From Minisyncoccia bacterium (lineage in GTDB: Bacteria; Patescibacteriota; Minisyncoccia; UBA6257; 2-01-FULL-56-20): a stretch of 64,000 nt of DNA. A program made the translations under genes and the position numbers. The DNA is taken from positions 455,050-519,049 of the forward strand of contig JBEKML010000001.1 in NCBI GenBank assembly GCA_050008535.1, in the 5' to 3' direction. This document shows positions 33,637 through 44,511 of the stretch, one piece after another. The notes under the pieces are model-generated. The model saw nothing but the letters and a program-made list of their open reading frames with translations. It did not search any database and had not been told where the DNA came from. Within the stretch, counting starts at the first letter, position 1. Each line of letters starts with the position of its first letter.

Positions 33637-35655
33637 ATGCCCGATGGGAAGTTTGCATTGATTTCAAAAAACAAGCCCGCAGGGGACCAACCGAAAGCGA
33701 TCGAGTCGCTTGTTTCTGGTTTGCGCCGCGGATTGCGCGACCAGACACTTTTGGGCGTCACGGGTTCGGGAAAGACCTTCACCATAGCCAACGTGATCGC
33801 GGAAATCGGGAAGCCCGCGCTTGTGATCGCGCACAACAAAACCTTGGCCGCGCAACTCTGCAATGAATTTCGCGAGCTGTTCCCGAAAAACTCCGTCAAT
33901 TATTTTGTTTCCTACTACGATTACTACCAGCCGGAGGCGTACATTCCTTCAAGCGATACTTATATAGACAAGGAAGCGCTCATCAATGATGAAATAGACA
34001 AGCTGCGCCACGCGGCGACGACCGCGCTCCTCACGCGGCGCGACGTGATCATTGTGGCGTCGGTCTCGTGCATTTACGGCTTGGGCGCGCCGGAAGTGTA
34101 CGCGCAGAACATTTTTCATTTTAGGGTTGGCAATCGCATTGAGCGGAAGGAATTCGCACGGAAGCTCGTGGAACTGCAGTTCAGCCGCACGAATGCGGAT
34201 TTAAAGCGCGCCACGTACCGCCTGCGCGGCGAAAACTGGGAGATCATGCCGGCGGATCGCGAGGTGATCTATAACTTTGAGGTGCGGGATGGCGTGATCC
34301 GCACGATCTATGAGGTTGATCCGGTAGTGGGATTCCAGGTGGGAAAAACGCCGCAGGTGGCGGATGTGATCTTTGCGCCGGCAAAACATTTCATCACCGA
34401 GGCGCCGGAGCGGGAGCGGGCGATCAAGGAGATCCAAGTGGAGCTGAAAGAGCGGTTAAAATATTTTGAGCGCGAGAAAAAATTCCTGGAAGCGGAGCGC
34501 TTGGAGCGCCGCACGAAGTTCGATCTTGCGATGATGCGCGAGGTGGGCTACTGCCACGGCATAGAGAACTATTCGCGCCATCTTTCCGGCCGCGCGGCGG
34601 GTGAACCGCCAGCCACGCTTTTGGATTATTTCCCGCACACGGCCGACGGCAAGCCCGATTTTCTTACGGTGATAGACGAATCGCACATGACCGTGCCGCA
34701 GCTCCAGGGCATGTTTGAAGGCGATGCCTCGCGCAAGAAGACGCTCGTAGAGTATGGCTTCCGCCTGCCATCGGCAAAAGACAACCGGCCGTTGCGATTC
34801 CCGGAATTCGTGAACCGCATCGGGCAGACGATCTATACTTCCGCGACACCCGGGCCGTATGAACGCCGCGAAAGTGATCCCAAGACCGGCGCGGGGCAAA
34901 TCGTGGAACAGATTATCCGCCCGACCGGCCTTGTGGACCCCAAGATCACGATTCGCCCCGCGCGCGGGCAGGTGGACGACCTCATCCCGCGCATTGAAGG
35001 GCGCGTGGCAAAGAAAGAACGTGTTTTAGTGACCACATTGACGAAGCGTATGGCCGAGGACCTTTCCGCGTACCTTGAAGAAAAGAAAATGAAAGTGAAT
35101 TATTTGCACAGCGATGTGAAAACGCTTGATCGCATCAAAATTTTGACAGATTTACGTAAAGGAAAAATTGAAGTGCTTGTGGGCGTGAACCTTCTCCGCG
35201 AAGGATTGGACCTGCCAGAAGTATCGCTTGTGGCGATTATGGACGCGGATAAAGAAGGCTTTCTGCGGAGCGAAGTATCTTTAATCCAAACTATCGGCCG
35301 CGCGGCGCGCAACGTGGAAGGGGAGGTGTTGATCTACGCCGACCAGATCACCGGCTCCATAGAGCGCGCGGTGGGGGAGACCGAGCGCCGCCGCAAGATC
35401 CAGATCGCCTACAACAAAGAGCACGGCATCACTCCGCGCACGATCGTCCGGGCCATATCCAGCATCCTGCCCGACGTGGACGAGATATTGAAGCTGGAGA
35501 CCAAGCCCATACCGAAATCCAAAACAGGCATGCAAAAACTGATCGCCGAGAAAGAGAGGGAGATGCGCGAGGCCGCCAAACGCCTGGACTTTGAACTCGC
35601 CGCCATTTTACGCGACGAGATAAAAGAGCTGTACAAGAAGGTGGGGAAGGGATAG
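33637..35655 (+). CDS. uvrB: Excinuclease ABC subunit B
   Basis: GVTGSGKTFT Walker A, helicase motifs, the beta-hairpin region and the C-terminal UvrC-interaction helix (LRDEIKELYKK). Confidence 0.92.
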   Translation: MPDGKFALISKNKPAGDQPKAIESLVSGLRRGLRDQTLLGVTGSGKTFTIANVIAEIGKPALVIAHNKTLAAQLCNEFRELFPKNSVNYFVSYYDYYQPEAYIPSSDTYIDKEALINDEIDKLRHAATTALLTRRDVIIVASVSCIYGLGAPEVYAQNIFHFRVGNRIERKEFARKLVELQFSRTNADLKRATYRLRGENWEIMPADREVIYNFEVRDGVIRTIYEVDPVVGFQVGKTPQVADVIFAPAKHFITEAPERERAIKEIQVELKERLKYFEREKKFLEAERLERRTKFDLAMMREVGYCHGIENYSRHLSGRAAGEPPATLLDYFPHTADGKPDFLTVIDESHMTVPQLQGMFEGDASRKKTLVEYGFRLPSAKDNRPLRFPEFVNRIGQTIYTSATPGPYERRESDPKTGAGQIVEQIIRPTGLVDPKITIRPARGQVDDLIPRIEGRVAKKERVLVTTLTKRMAEDLSAYLEEKKMKVNYLHSDVKTLDRIKILTDLRKGKIEVLVGVNLLREGLDLPEVSLVAIMDADKEGFLRSEVSLIQTIGRAARNVEGEVLIYADQITGSIERAVGETERRRKIQIAYNKEHGITPRTIVRAISSILPDVDEILKLETKPIPKSKTGMQKLIAEKEREMREAAKRLDFELAAILRDEIKELYKKVGKG

Positions 35656-35691
35656 AGAAAGTCTAGCCGGATGACCGCCTTTTGTTTTTGG

Positions 35692-36549
35692 CTACTGCGC
35701 GGCGTCGGTGAACACCACCAATCTTTGGCTGTAGCTTAATCGAGCTGGATTCCAGATGCCTTCACAGGTGATAAGGTTAAGATGAATGCCGCCGTCGCGG
35801 GACGTAAAAACATCGGCGGCATCCGCTGCCGGATCATAACTGCGGCTCTCGCGGACCACGAAAGCGATGGATTCTCCTTTGTCGTTCAGGACATACAGTT
35901 TGTCCCCCGCGCTCAGTTCATTCAAATTGCCGAACACGCCGGGTTTCGTCAGTATCCCTCCGCGTATCTGAGCGATATGCCCGGTAACGACGGCAACGCC
36001 CTTTTCTCCAGGGCGCGCACTGCCCGTAAACCAGCCTACGTCAACGATATTGCTCGGTATTTCTATTACCCCATCGGGTGTGAGGCCGTTATATTGAAAA
36101 CCCGCGTCAATGTTGAGCTTCGGGATCTTGAGACGCACCGGGGATCCATCTGCGTTCTTCGCAATCGCTACGCTCGTCGTTCCGGCCACTGCAGTTGTTG
36201 TTGCGACCGTACTCTGCGCCCCGGTCGCATCAATTGCTGCTTGCTGGACGGTCGCGTTAATTTTCCCCCTTGAAACAGGGCCGAAAAAACCGGCGGAAGG
36301 ATAGACACCCGCCGATGCCTGCCATGCGCGAAGAGCGGTTCTGGTAAGCGGACCAAAGTAACCGGTGGGGGCGGGAATTCCCAGAAAACCGCCGGCAATT
36401 AAAAATTGCTGCAGGGCGGATACTTCGTCCCCGCGGGTTCCGAGCGTAAGATCATGGGTGAAGGTAAAACCTTCTCCGTTCGCGCTATTCCCGGCCATAG
36501 CAACACAGAGCAATAGCGCAACGAACCATATTTTATTTAATACCTTCAT
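35692..36549 (-). CDS. Sortase-family transpeptidase with N-terminal peptidoglycan-binding (PG_binding_1) domain
   Basis: Start MKVLNKIW plus signal/TM segment. PG-binding repeat GDEVSALQQFL...GYFGPLTRTALRAWQ. Catalytic TLITCEG-like (NLITCEG) Cys motif and a His upstream (VVTGH). The long ORF 35692..37317 is partly antisense to the next gene. Confidence 0.7.
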   Translation of the reverse strand: MKVLNKIWFVALLLCVAMAGNSANGEGFTFTHDLTLGTRGDEVSALQQFLIAGGFLGIPAPTGYFGPLTRTALRAWQASAGVYPSAGFFGPVSRGKINATVQQAAIDATGAQSTVATTTAVAGTTSVAIAKNADGSPVRLKIPKLNIDAGFQYNGLTPDGVIEIPSNIVDVGWFTGSARPGEKGVAVVTGHIAQIRGGILTKPGVFGNLNELSAGDKLYVLNDKGESIAFVVRESRSYDPAADAADVFTSRDGGIHLNLITCEGIWNPARLSYSQRLVVFTDAAQ

Positions 36550-36561
36550 CGCACTATCATT

Positions 36562-37221
36562 ATGCCATACATCCCCATGAAACCCGTCCTCCTCTCTCTC
36601 GCGCTTGCCTGCGAAATAATTATTATTTTTATCCTCGCCACGAACCTCACCGTTCGGGGTATCGCGGCGCCATATATTTATGAGAACGCCAAAGACGCTT
36701 CGGAAACGCAGGCAGCGGTCATCCCCGGAGCGGCGCTCTTGCCGGACGGCACGCTGTCCCCGATATTCAAAGACCGCGTGGATGCGGCCATCGCATTGTA
36801 CGAGGATAAGAAAGTTTCTAAAATTCTTGTGTCGGGCGACAACAGCACGGTGAGCCATAACGAAGTGAATCCGGTCCGCAATTACCTTTTGCTCAAAGGC
36901 ATTCCCGACCAGGATATTTTTCTCGATCACGCGGGTTTCAATACTTACAGCACGATGTACCGCGCCCGGGATATTTTCGGCGTTACTTCCATGCTGATCA
37001 CCACTCAATCGTTCCATTTGCCCCGCGCGGTGTTCATTGCCCGCGAGCTCGGGATAAACGCTTACGGGGTGAACGCGGACAACGGCCCCTCCCTTTTCCG
37101 GAACTATTTCCGCGAAGCGTTCGCTGACGAGAAAGCAGTGTTCGATCTGGTGTTCCATGCAAAACCGAAGTATCTGGGGGACCGGATCCCCATAACGGGC
37201 GATGGGAGGTATAATCCTTAA
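36562..37221 (+). CDS. SanA/YdcF-family (DUF218) membrane-anchored protein
   Basis: N-terminal TM segment. VSGDNSTVSHNEVNPVRNYL and ITTQSFHLPRAVFIAR resemble the DUF218/SanA pattern. Confidence 0.6.
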   Translation: MPYIPMKPVLLSLALACEIIIIFILATNLTVRGIAAPYIYENAKDASETQAAVIPGAALLPDGTLSPIFKDRVDAAIALYEDKKVSKILVSGDNSTVSHNEVNPVRNYLLLKGIPDQDIFLDHAGFNTYSTMYRARDIFGVTSMLITTQSFHLPRAVFIARELGINAYGVNADNGPSLFRNYFREAFADEKAVFDLVFHAKPKYLGDRIPITGDGRYNP

Positions 37222-37223
37222 AT

Positions 37224-38612
37224 ATGAATCATCTTGAGCGTTATGCGGTAGTGATCTTGTTGTTCGCGCTTGCAGTCTTGCCCGCCGCGGCGGGGGCGCA
37301 AACGACCAGTACGACATTCAGGACGGCGTCCTCTTCGCACAACCGGTTCTATTGGGATGGTTCAAGCGTGCCGACCAGCACCCTTCAGCAACAAATACGA
37401 GGATATCGGCAGCAATCGGGCGATCTGCAGCAAAAAATTTCCGCATTGGGCAGTACGGCCGCTGCCTCGGTTTCGATGCCCGTTCTTTTTGGCGTCGGGA
37501 TCAAAGACATCTCGCCGAACTTTGGCGACCCGCGCTCCGGCGGCCGAACGCACGAGGGCGAGGATATTATGGCGGTTAAGGGGACCCCGATCGTTTCTCC
37601 GACCCCTGCAGTCGTCTTGCATATCGAAACGGGCGTGGACGAAGGGAACGCGGTCTATACCGCGAATCCGGGCGGCGAAACATTCGTCTATATGCATCTT
37701 GACCGTTTCGGCGAGGGCGTAGCGTCGGGGGTCGTCTTGGGACAGGGCTCGCTTATCGGCTATGTGGGGAATACCGGCAACGCCTCAAGCGGACCCGCGC
37801 ACCTTCACTTTGAGATACACAATAGTTCCGGCGTTCCGGTGGATCCGTTTCCGCGCCTGACGGGAGAGTTCACCATCCAGGAAAAGATAACGGACCTCGC
37901 GACGATCCTTATGCAGACTTCCGACAGCACCGCTCTCGCGCGGTTTCTTGTGACGAACTTCCGTGGGACGTTCATTGCCGCTCTCGCCGCCAATATCACC
38001 CTGCCCGCGCCCGTGATCGACGCTCTTGCGTCCATTCCGGCAGTTCCTGCGCCGGTAAGCGCGGGCGGCGGCCCCCTCCCTGCCGGCGATCTTGATATCG
38101 GTTCGTCCGGCGCGGCGGTTGTTGCGCTTCAGGAATATCTGATACAAGCGGCTTCGGGCGCCGCGGCGACGCGCCTTGCGGGCGCCGGCGCAACCGGTAA
38201 TTTCGGGATGATCACGAAAGCGGCTCTTGTGGAATACCAGGTGGCGGTGGGCATTTCTCCGCCCGGCGGATACTATGGGCCCGTAACACGGGCATTCGTT
38301 ACTGCTCATCCCCTTGGGACGGCGCAGCCGCCCGCGGTTTCAAGCAGTTCCACTGTTGGCGGTAGTGGCGTGGCACTTTCGCGCGACCTCTACCGTGGCG
38401 TGAGCGGCGAGGACGTGCGCACGCTCCAAAGACTTTTGAATGCTAATGGATTTACGGTCGCGGAAACGGGCTCTGGCTCTCCGGGAAACGAGACAACCTA
38501 TTTCGGTCCGGCGACGGAGGCCGCGGTCATTAGATTCCAGATCGCGCGCGGCATCACGCCCTCCGTGGGCTACGTCGGACCGCTTACCCGCGCAGCGCTC
38601 GCGGCTCTCTAA
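37224..38612 (+). CDS. M23-family metallopeptidase with two C-terminal peptidoglycan-binding domains
   Basis: HEGEDI, GNTGNASSGPAHLHFEI (HxH) M23 motifs. Two PG_binding_1 repeats (AVVALQEYL...GYYGPVTRAF and VRTLQRLLNANGF...GYVGPLTRAAL). Confidence 0.8.
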   Translation: MNHLERYAVVILLFALAVLPAAAGAQTTSTTFRTASSSHNRFYWDGSSVPTSTLQQQIRGYRQQSGDLQQKISALGSTAAASVSMPVLFGVGIKDISPNFGDPRSGGRTHEGEDIMAVKGTPIVSPTPAVVLHIETGVDEGNAVYTANPGGETFVYMHLDRFGEGVASGVVLGQGSLIGYVGNTGNASSGPAHLHFEIHNSSGVPVDPFPRLTGEFTIQEKITDLATILMQTSDSTALARFLVTNFRGTFIAALAANITLPAPVIDALASIPAVPAPVSAGGGPLPAGDLDIGSSGAAVVALQEYLIQAASGAAATRLAGAGATGNFGMITKAALVEYQVAVGISPPGGYYGPVTRAFVTAHPLGTAQPPAVSSSSTVGGSGVALSRDLYRGVSGEDVRTLQRLLNANGFTVAETGSGSPGNETTYFGPATEAAVIRFQIARGITPSVGYVGPLTRAALAAL

Positions 38613-38624
38613 GGAAAGACTGTT

Positions 38625-39824
38625 ATGGCTAATTCGAAGGACCCGCCGAAAAACAGGAATGTATTTTTTGTCGGCCTCTTAAGCTTCTTCGGCGGCATCA
38701 GCCAGGACGTTTTCACGCCCATCCTGCCGATCTATTACACGACCGTCCTTGGGTTCGATAAAGCGTTCGTCGGCGTCGCCGAGGGACTTGTGACGGCGAG
38801 CAGTTATCTCTTCACGGTCGTTTCGGGGTTCTTTTCCGACAAGTTCAAAAAACAGAAGCCGATCATCTTCCTGGGATATTTTCTCTCCATGATCAGCCGC
38901 CCCCTTCTTGCGTTCCTGACCTCGGGCGCGGCGGTGCTGGGCCTTCGTTTTATTGACGGAACGGGCAAGGGCATCAAGGATCCGCCAAAGGACGTTTTGA
39001 TCGCGGGTTCCGCGGAGAAAACGACGAGAGGCAGAAGTTTCGGCGTTGCACGGATGCTTGATACGCTGGGCTCCGTCGCCGGGCCGCTTATCCTTTTCGG
39101 GCTTTTGTACCTCCTGAGTGGGAGTGCATTGCTGTACCATTACATACTTCTCTTCGCCGCCGTTCCGCTCCTTATCACGCTTTTGATCCTCGTTGCGAAA
39201 ATAAAAGAGGTCGGGCCCCGGGATCCCGCGCAGCCCCAAAAATCCGCGTCAAGCGCTCCACTGCCCGGGTCGTTCTACCTCTTCCTTGCCATCGTGATCC
39301 TTTTTACGCTCGGCAATTCATCCGATGCGTTTCTCATCCTGCGGGCAAAGAATCTCGGTTTAACATTGCTTGAGGTCCCGCTCGTCATCGCCCTTTTCAA
39401 TCTTATCTACGCGATGTTCGCGGTTCCCTTTGGGTCGCTTTCCGACAAGATCGGCCGCGTTCCCACGATGCTCATTGGCTGGTTTACCTACGCCCTTGTC
39501 TACCTTGGGTTCGCTCTCGCCTCGCAGGCTTTCTTTGTCTGGTTTCTCTATGGGTTTTACGGCATCTACTATGCGACGAGCCAGGGGGTCGCAAAGGCCT
39601 TCCTTGCCGACATGGTGGGGTTTGAGCATCGCGGCAGGGCGTTCGGCATCTATGGGACGGCCATAGGACTGGCTACGCTTCCGGCAAGTTTTTTCGCAGG
39701 ATTTTTGTGGGATAAGTTCGGCCCTCAATACCCTTTTTACTTCGGGGCAACCATCGCGGCTGTGGCGGCCATCCTTCTTTTCTCTTTCTCGAAGCGCTTA
39801 CGAGGAGATCGTTCCCTTATTTGA
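38625..39824 (+). CDS. MFS transporter (12 TM)
   Basis: 399 aa, 12 hydrophobic segments, MFS loop motif GRVPTMLIG / DKIGR. Confidence 0.8.
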   Translation: MANSKDPPKNRNVFFVGLLSFFGGISQDVFTPILPIYYTTVLGFDKAFVGVAEGLVTASSYLFTVVSGFFSDKFKKQKPIIFLGYFLSMISRPLLAFLTSGAAVLGLRFIDGTGKGIKDPPKDVLIAGSAEKTTRGRSFGVARMLDTLGSVAGPLILFGLLYLLSGSALLYHYILLFAAVPLLITLLILVAKIKEVGPRDPAQPQKSASSAPLPGSFYLFLAIVILFTLGNSSDAFLILRAKNLGLTLLEVPLVIALFNLIYAMFAVPFGSLSDKIGRVPTMLIGWFTYALVYLGFALASQAFFVWFLYGFYGIYYATSQGVAKAFLADMVGFEHRGRAFGIYGTAIGLATLPASFFAGFLWDKFGPQYPFYFGATIAAVAAILLFSFSKRLRGDRSLI

Positions 39825-39851
39825 CGCCTTAATTTTGTTAGAATAAGGGTA

Positions 39852-41579
39852 ATGCAGCCGGAAACGCGCACCTGCCAGAATTGCAAAACCCAGTTCACGA
39901 TCGAGCCGGACGATTTTGCGTTCTATGAGAAGATAAAAGTTCCGCCGCCGACGTTCTGCCCCGATTGCCGTCAGCAGCGGCGGATGACGTGGCGGAACGA
40001 TTATAATTTTTTTCCGCGGGAATGTGCTCTGTGCAAGAACAGGATTCTCTCTATCTACTCGCCGGACAAGCCCTTTCCGGTATATTGCCCAAAATGCTGG
40101 TGGGGCGATCAATGGGATGCCAAGAAATTCGGGAAGGATATTAATGCTGAAAAACCGTTTTTTCCGCAGTTTAAAGAATTATTGGATGCGGTCCCGGCGC
40201 TTGCCATTTTGAACGATGATGGGATTGCGAGCGTGAATTGCCAATATACCAATTATTTCGCCCTCGGAAAAAATTGTTATATGGTCATCAATTCTTGGAA
40301 AGTGGAAGAGTGCATGTACTCAGTCTGCCTTGTTGGGGCGAAAAATGCGGTGGATTGCGCGGTGCTTTTAGAGGGTGGAGAGCAGCTCTATCACGCCATA
40401 AATGTGGACGCTTCTTCCCGTTGCCGCTACGCGTTCAATTCGGCGGGGCTTCTTGATTGCGCCTATTGCTACGATTGCCGTAACTGCTCAAACTGTTTCT
40501 TGTCAATTGGGCTCCGCGGTAAGAAGTACTGCTTCAAAAACCAGCAGCATACAAAAGAAGAATACGAAGCAATCATCAAAGAATATGCGCTTCAGACATG
40601 GACGGGTGCGGAGCGGGCGCGGAAGGAATTTGAGATGTTCATCCTTCAGCATCCACGAAAATATGCCAACATTATAAACAGCGTAAATTGCAGCGGCGAT
40701 TATTTGGTAAATTCAAAAAACGCAAAACATTGTTATATCACTGTCCGGGTGGAAAATTCAAAATATTTTGAGCGGGGCGATACTATTCGCGACAGCTACG
40801 ATTGTTTGAGCGGGGGAGAACAAGAGCTGTGTTACGATTCAATCAATCCCGATAATTCGTACCACGCCTTGTTCACTGGTTATTGTCATAAAGATAATGA
40901 CGTTATATACAGCGACAGCTGCCAATCGTCGGAACACCTTTTCGGATGCGTGGGGTTAAAGAGTGCGCAGTATTGTATTTTGAACAAACAATATGCAAAA
41001 GAAGAATATGAGAAGCTTGTTCCAATGCTGGTAAAGAAAATGGAATCGCGCGGCGAGTACGGAGAATTTTTCCCTGCCGCGCTTTCTCCGTTTTGTTATA
41101 ACGAATCAGTTGCTCAGGACGAATATCCATTAGATAGGGATGCGGTGATTTCGACGGGCTTGCGATGGCAGGAAAACTTTACAAAAACGGAAGGGAAAGA
41201 AACTCTTCGGGAAGTCCCGGATGACATTAACGAGGTGCCCGATAATATCGTCCAAAGTATCTTGGCGTGTTCTCTTTGTAAACGGAACTATCGCGTGATT
41301 GAAGACGAGCTACGGTTTTATCGGCAAAACCAGATTCCTGTTCCTCGCGCCTGCTTCTTTTGCAGATTCACCCAATTATATGAAGAGCGTGGGCCTGTTC
41401 ATTTGTGGACGCGCGCATGCCAATGCGGCGGAGGAGCATCGTCCAATGGCGCATATCACAATATCCAAGCTCATTTTCATGCTACGAGTTCTTGTCCAAA
41501 TAAATTCGAAACATCCTATTCTTCCGATCGCCCTGAGATTGTCTATTGCGAGCAGTGCTATAACGCTGAAGTAGCGTAA
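39852..41579 (+). CDS. Cysteine-rich hypothetical protein (about 50 Cys) with homologous zinc-ribbon modules at the N- and C-termini
   Basis: N-terminus CQNCKTQFTIEPDDFAFYEKIKVPPPTFCPDCRQ and C-terminus CSLCKRNYRVIEDELRFYRQNQIPVPRACFFCR share CxxC-x-F-I-D-FY-x-IP-P-CxxCR. Internal Cys-rich repeats (DCAYCYDCRNCSNC). Confidence 0.55.
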   Translation: MQPETRTCQNCKTQFTIEPDDFAFYEKIKVPPPTFCPDCRQQRRMTWRNDYNFFPRECALCKNRILSIYSPDKPFPVYCPKCWWGDQWDAKKFGKDINAEKPFFPQFKELLDAVPALAILNDDGIASVNCQYTNYFALGKNCYMVINSWKVEECMYSVCLVGAKNAVDCAVLLEGGEQLYHAINVDASSRCRYAFNSAGLLDCAYCYDCRNCSNCFLSIGLRGKKYCFKNQQHTKEEYEAIIKEYALQTWTGAERARKEFEMFILQHPRKYANIINSVNCSGDYLVNSKNAKHCYITVRVENSKYFERGDTIRDSYDCLSGGEQELCYDSINPDNSYHALFTGYCHKDNDVIYSDSCQSSEHLFGCVGLKSAQYCILNKQYAKEEYEKLVPMLVKKMESRGEYGEFFPAALSPFCYNESVAQDEYPLDRDAVISTGLRWQENFTKTEGKETLREVPDDINEVPDNIVQSILACSLCKRNYRVIEDELRFYRQNQIPVPRACFFCRFTQLYEERGPVHLWTRACQCGGGASSNGAYHNIQAHFHATSSCPNKFETSYSSDRPEIVYCEQCYNAEVA

Positions 41580-41585
41580 TATTAT

Positions 41586-41614
41586 TTGACCTCGCGGCAT
41601 TTCGCCGCTATACT
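41586..41614 (+). promoter_or_regulatory. Promoter TTGACC-17-TATACT upstream of uvrA
   Basis: Hexamers seen directly, 57 nt before the uvrA ATG. Confidence 0.45.
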
Positions 41615-41671
41615 TCTCCTGATATACCCCTACAGGGCTCGACCCGGGGGCAATTTACGTATTGCAAACAC

Positions 41672-44200
41672 ATGCCACACGACAAGATCATCATTAAGGG
41701 TGCGCGCGAGCATAATCTGAAGAACATCAATCTTGAGATCCCGCGGGACAAGATGGTTGTTTTTACGGGCTTGTCCGGCTCGGGGAAGTCCAGTTTGGCG
41801 TTTGATACCATCTTCGCCGAGGGCCAGCGCCGCTATATTGAATCTCTATCCGCCTACGCGCGGCAGTTTTTGGGGCGGTTGGATAAGCCGGACGTGGACG
41901 ACATTGAAGGGCTTTCGCCTGCGATCTCAATAGATCAAAAGAGCCATTCGGCGAACCCGCGTTCTACCGTCGCGACGATCACGGAGATTTATGATTATCT
42001 CCGCGTGCTTTTTGCGCGTGCGGGAAAGCCGTATTGTCCGACCTGCGGCCGCGAGATCCAGAAACTTACGAACGAAGGGATCGTGGATGTGGCGATAGAT
42101 ATTGGGAATGAAAATAGCGGCGCGAAGGGAGCGAAGAAGAATATGGTGATCTTGGCGCCGGTGGTGCGCGGGAGAAAAGGGGAATATTACCAGATGCTTT
42201 ACGATTTTTTGAACGCGGGATTTTCCGAGGTGCGCATTGACGGCGCCTATCATTCGCTCCGCGAGCGCGTGGAGCTCGGCCGCTACAAAGTGCACACGAT
42301 CGAGCTTGTTGTGGACCGCATGCCCGCCGGCATCAATTTCAAAGAAAAGGACAATCGCCTGCGGCTTGCGGAAGCGATCGAGTCGGCGCTCAAATACGGG
42401 AACGATGTTGTGACGATCATTGCCGACAGGGAGGTTTCTTTGTCCGCAAAATTCACCTGTCCGCACGACGGATTTTCGTTTCCGGAGATCGAGCCGCGGT
42501 TGTTCTCGTTCAATAGCCCCTACGGCGCGTGCCCCGAATGCCACGGCCTGGGCACGAAGGAGATTTGGTCGGAAGAGGTTTGCCCCGTCTGTGCGGGGAA
42601 GCGGTTGCGCGAGGAAAGTTTGAACGTGCTCATAGACGGGAAGAACATAAACAACGCGACGGCGTTTTCCATTGAGGCGGCGTACAAATTTTTTGACAAG
42701 ATGAAGTTCAAAAATGCGTCGCTTGCGGAAGTGGCCGAGGCGCCGCTCCGCGAGATCAAAAGCCGCCTGAAGTTCATGATGGACGTCGGTTTGGAATATT
42801 TGACGCTTGACCGCAAAGCGGGGACGCTCTCCGGCGGCGAGGCGCAGCGGATACGGCTTGCGTCGCAGATCGGCTCGCGGCTCGTGGGGACGCTCTATAT
42901 CCTTGACGAGCCGACGATCGGGCTTCACCAGCGGGACAATGCGAAGCTTATACAAACACTTCATGACCTGCGCGATTTGGGGAATACGATCATTGTGGTG
43001 GAACATGACGAAGAAACGATCCGCAAGTCGGATTATCTGGTGGACATCGGGCCTGCGGCGGGCGTGCATGGCGGGAAAATTATGGCAGCCGGCCCGATCC
43101 CGGAAATTATCAAAGATACCAAAAAGGATTCGCTTACGCTGCAATATCTGCGCGGCAAAAAGTTCATTGAAGTGCCGGAGAAGCGGCGCACGGTGGGAAC
43201 GAAGCAGGAATATTTGAAGATCCTCGGCGCGCACGCGAACAATCTGAAGGACATTAACGTTGAAATTCCCTTGCGGCGCCTGGTTGCCGTGACGGGCGTT
43301 TCGGGCTCCGGTAAATCCAGCTTGGTCTACGACGTGCTTTATAAAGCGGCCGCGGACAAATTGAACCGCGCGAATTACAAAGCGGGCGGCTATAAGCAGA
43401 TGCTCGGCTTGGAATATGTGAACCGCATCATCAATATTGACCAGTCGGCGATCGGACGCACGCCGCGCTCCAATCCGGCGACGTACGTGGGCGCCTGGAC
43501 GCATATCCGCGATCTTTTTGCTTCTACGGAGGATGCGCGCGTGCGCGGCTACAAACCCGGAAGGTTCAGCTTCAACGTGCCGGGCGGTCGCTGTGAGAAC
43601 TGCGAAGGGCACGGCACGATCGCGATTGAGATGCACTTTTTGCCGACGGTCTATGTGAGCTGCGATGTCTGCAAGGGCAAGCGTTTTGACCGCGAAACAT
43701 TGGAAGTGGAATACCGCGGCAAAAACATCTACGATATTTTGCGGATGACGGTTGAAGAGGCGGTCAAATTCTACGAGGACATCCCGTGGCTGCATGAAAA
43801 ACTTACGATTTTGGAAGAGGTCGGTTTGGGATATTTGGAACTTGGCCAGTCGGCGACCACGCTCTCCGGCGGCGAGGCACAGCGCATCAAGCTTTCCGCC
43901 GAACTCGGCAAACGCGACACGCGGCGTACTTTATATTTGCTTGATGAGCCCACGACCGGCTTGCACTTCGCGGACATTGATCAATTGCTGAAAGTGTTGC
44001 AGCGGCTGGTAGACAGGGGGAACACCGTGGTGGTGATCGAACATAACCTGGATGTCATCAAAACCGCCGATTGGGTGATCGATCTCGGTCCCGAGGGCGG
44101 CGAGCGCGGCGGGCGGATCGTAGCGCAGGGCACGCCGGAGGAGATCATGCGCCGCGCCGGAAGCGCGACTGGCGAATACTTACGGAAGGTCCTGAAATAA
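41672..44200 (+). CDS. uvrA: Excinuclease ABC subunit A
   Basis: Two ABC ATPase modules ([23 protein letters not shown]), zinc-finger Cys clusters, LSGGEAQRI signature x2. Confidence 0.92.
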   Translation: MPHDKIIIKGAREHNLKNINLEIPRDKMVVFTGLSGSGKSSLAFDTIFAEGQRRYIESLSAYARQFLGRLDKPDVDDIEGLSPAISIDQKSHSANPRSTVATITEIYDYLRVLFARAGKPYCPTCGREIQKLTNEGIVDVAIDIGNENSGAKGAKKNMVILAPVVRGRKGEYYQMLYDFLNAGFSEVRIDGAYHSLRERVELGRYKVHTIELVVDRMPAGINFKEKDNRLRLAEAIESALKYGNDVVTIIADREVSLSAKFTCPHDGFSFPEIEPRLFSFNSPYGACPECHGLGTKEIWSEEVCPVCAGKRLREESLNVLIDGKNINNATAFSIEAAYKFFDKMKFKNASLAEVAEAPLREIKSRLKFMMDVGLEYLTLDRKAGTLSGGEAQRIRLASQIGSRLVGTLYILDEPTIGLHQRDNAKLIQTLHDLRDLGNTIIVVEHDEETIRKSDYLVDIGPAAGVHGGKIMAAGPIPEIIKDTKKDSLTLQYLRGKKFIEVPEKRRTVGTKQEYLKILGAHANNLKDINVEIPLRRLVAVTGVSGSGKSSLVYDVLYKAAADKLNRANYKAGGYKQMLGLEYVNRIINIDQSAIGRTPRSNPATYVGAWTHIRDLFASTEDARVRGYKPGRFSFNVPGGRCENCEGHGTIAIEMHFLPTVYVSCDVCKGKRFDRETLEVEYRGKNIYDILRMTVEEAVKFYEDIPWLHEKLTILEEVGLGYLELGQSATTLSGGEAQRIKLSAELGKRDTRRTLYLLDEPTTGLHFADIDQLLKVLQRLVDRGNTVVVIEHNLDVIKTADWVIDLGPEGGERGGRIVAQGTPEEIMRRAGSATGEYLRKVLK

Positions 44201-44217
44201 TTTGCTATAATGAATCC

Positions 44218-44508
44218 ATGATAAAGATCGACGGCAATACTCTCTGGCGCGGCGGAGAAAAGATCGGCTCAATCGACGGCCATCGTATTTGGGCGCATGA
44301 TGGCAAGAAGCTCGGCTACTTTGACGACCGGTATATCTACAGCGAAGGAGGGCACAAGCTCGCCTATGTGGAGGGCGACTATCTTATCTCCTACGGCGCC
44401 GGTGGGGACGAATCAAGGATACGCCTGGAAACAGTGAGCGAAGAAGTGGAGGGCGGCATCGCGCCCGGCATTGAAAAATGCGCGGTGTATGTGCTTTTAG
44501 GTAGTTAA
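44218..44508 (+). CDS. Small hypothetical protein with internal ~17-aa repeats
   Basis: Repeat units GEKIGSIDGHRIWAHDG / KKLGYFDDRYIYSEGG / HKLAYVEGDYLISYG. Lies between uvrA and uvrC. Confidence 0.4.
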   Translation: MIKIDGNTLWRGGEKIGSIDGHRIWAHDGKKLGYFDDRYIYSEGGHKLAYVEGDYLISYGAGGDESRIRLETVSEEVEGGIAPGIEKCAVYVLLGS

Positions 44509-44511
44509 AAA

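Noticed and set aside
36550-37317. N-terminal 256 residues of the long ORF 35692..37317
   Set aside because: This part is antisense to the SanA-like gene 36562..37221. The real sortase gene starts at the internal ATG 36549, with signal peptide MKVLNKIWFVALLLCVAMA.
41927-43795. 622-aa ORF on the minus strand
   Set aside because: Entirely antisense to uvrA, whose ABC and zinc-finger motifs are unambiguous. Arg/Pro-rich composition typical of shadow ORFs in GC-rich DNA.
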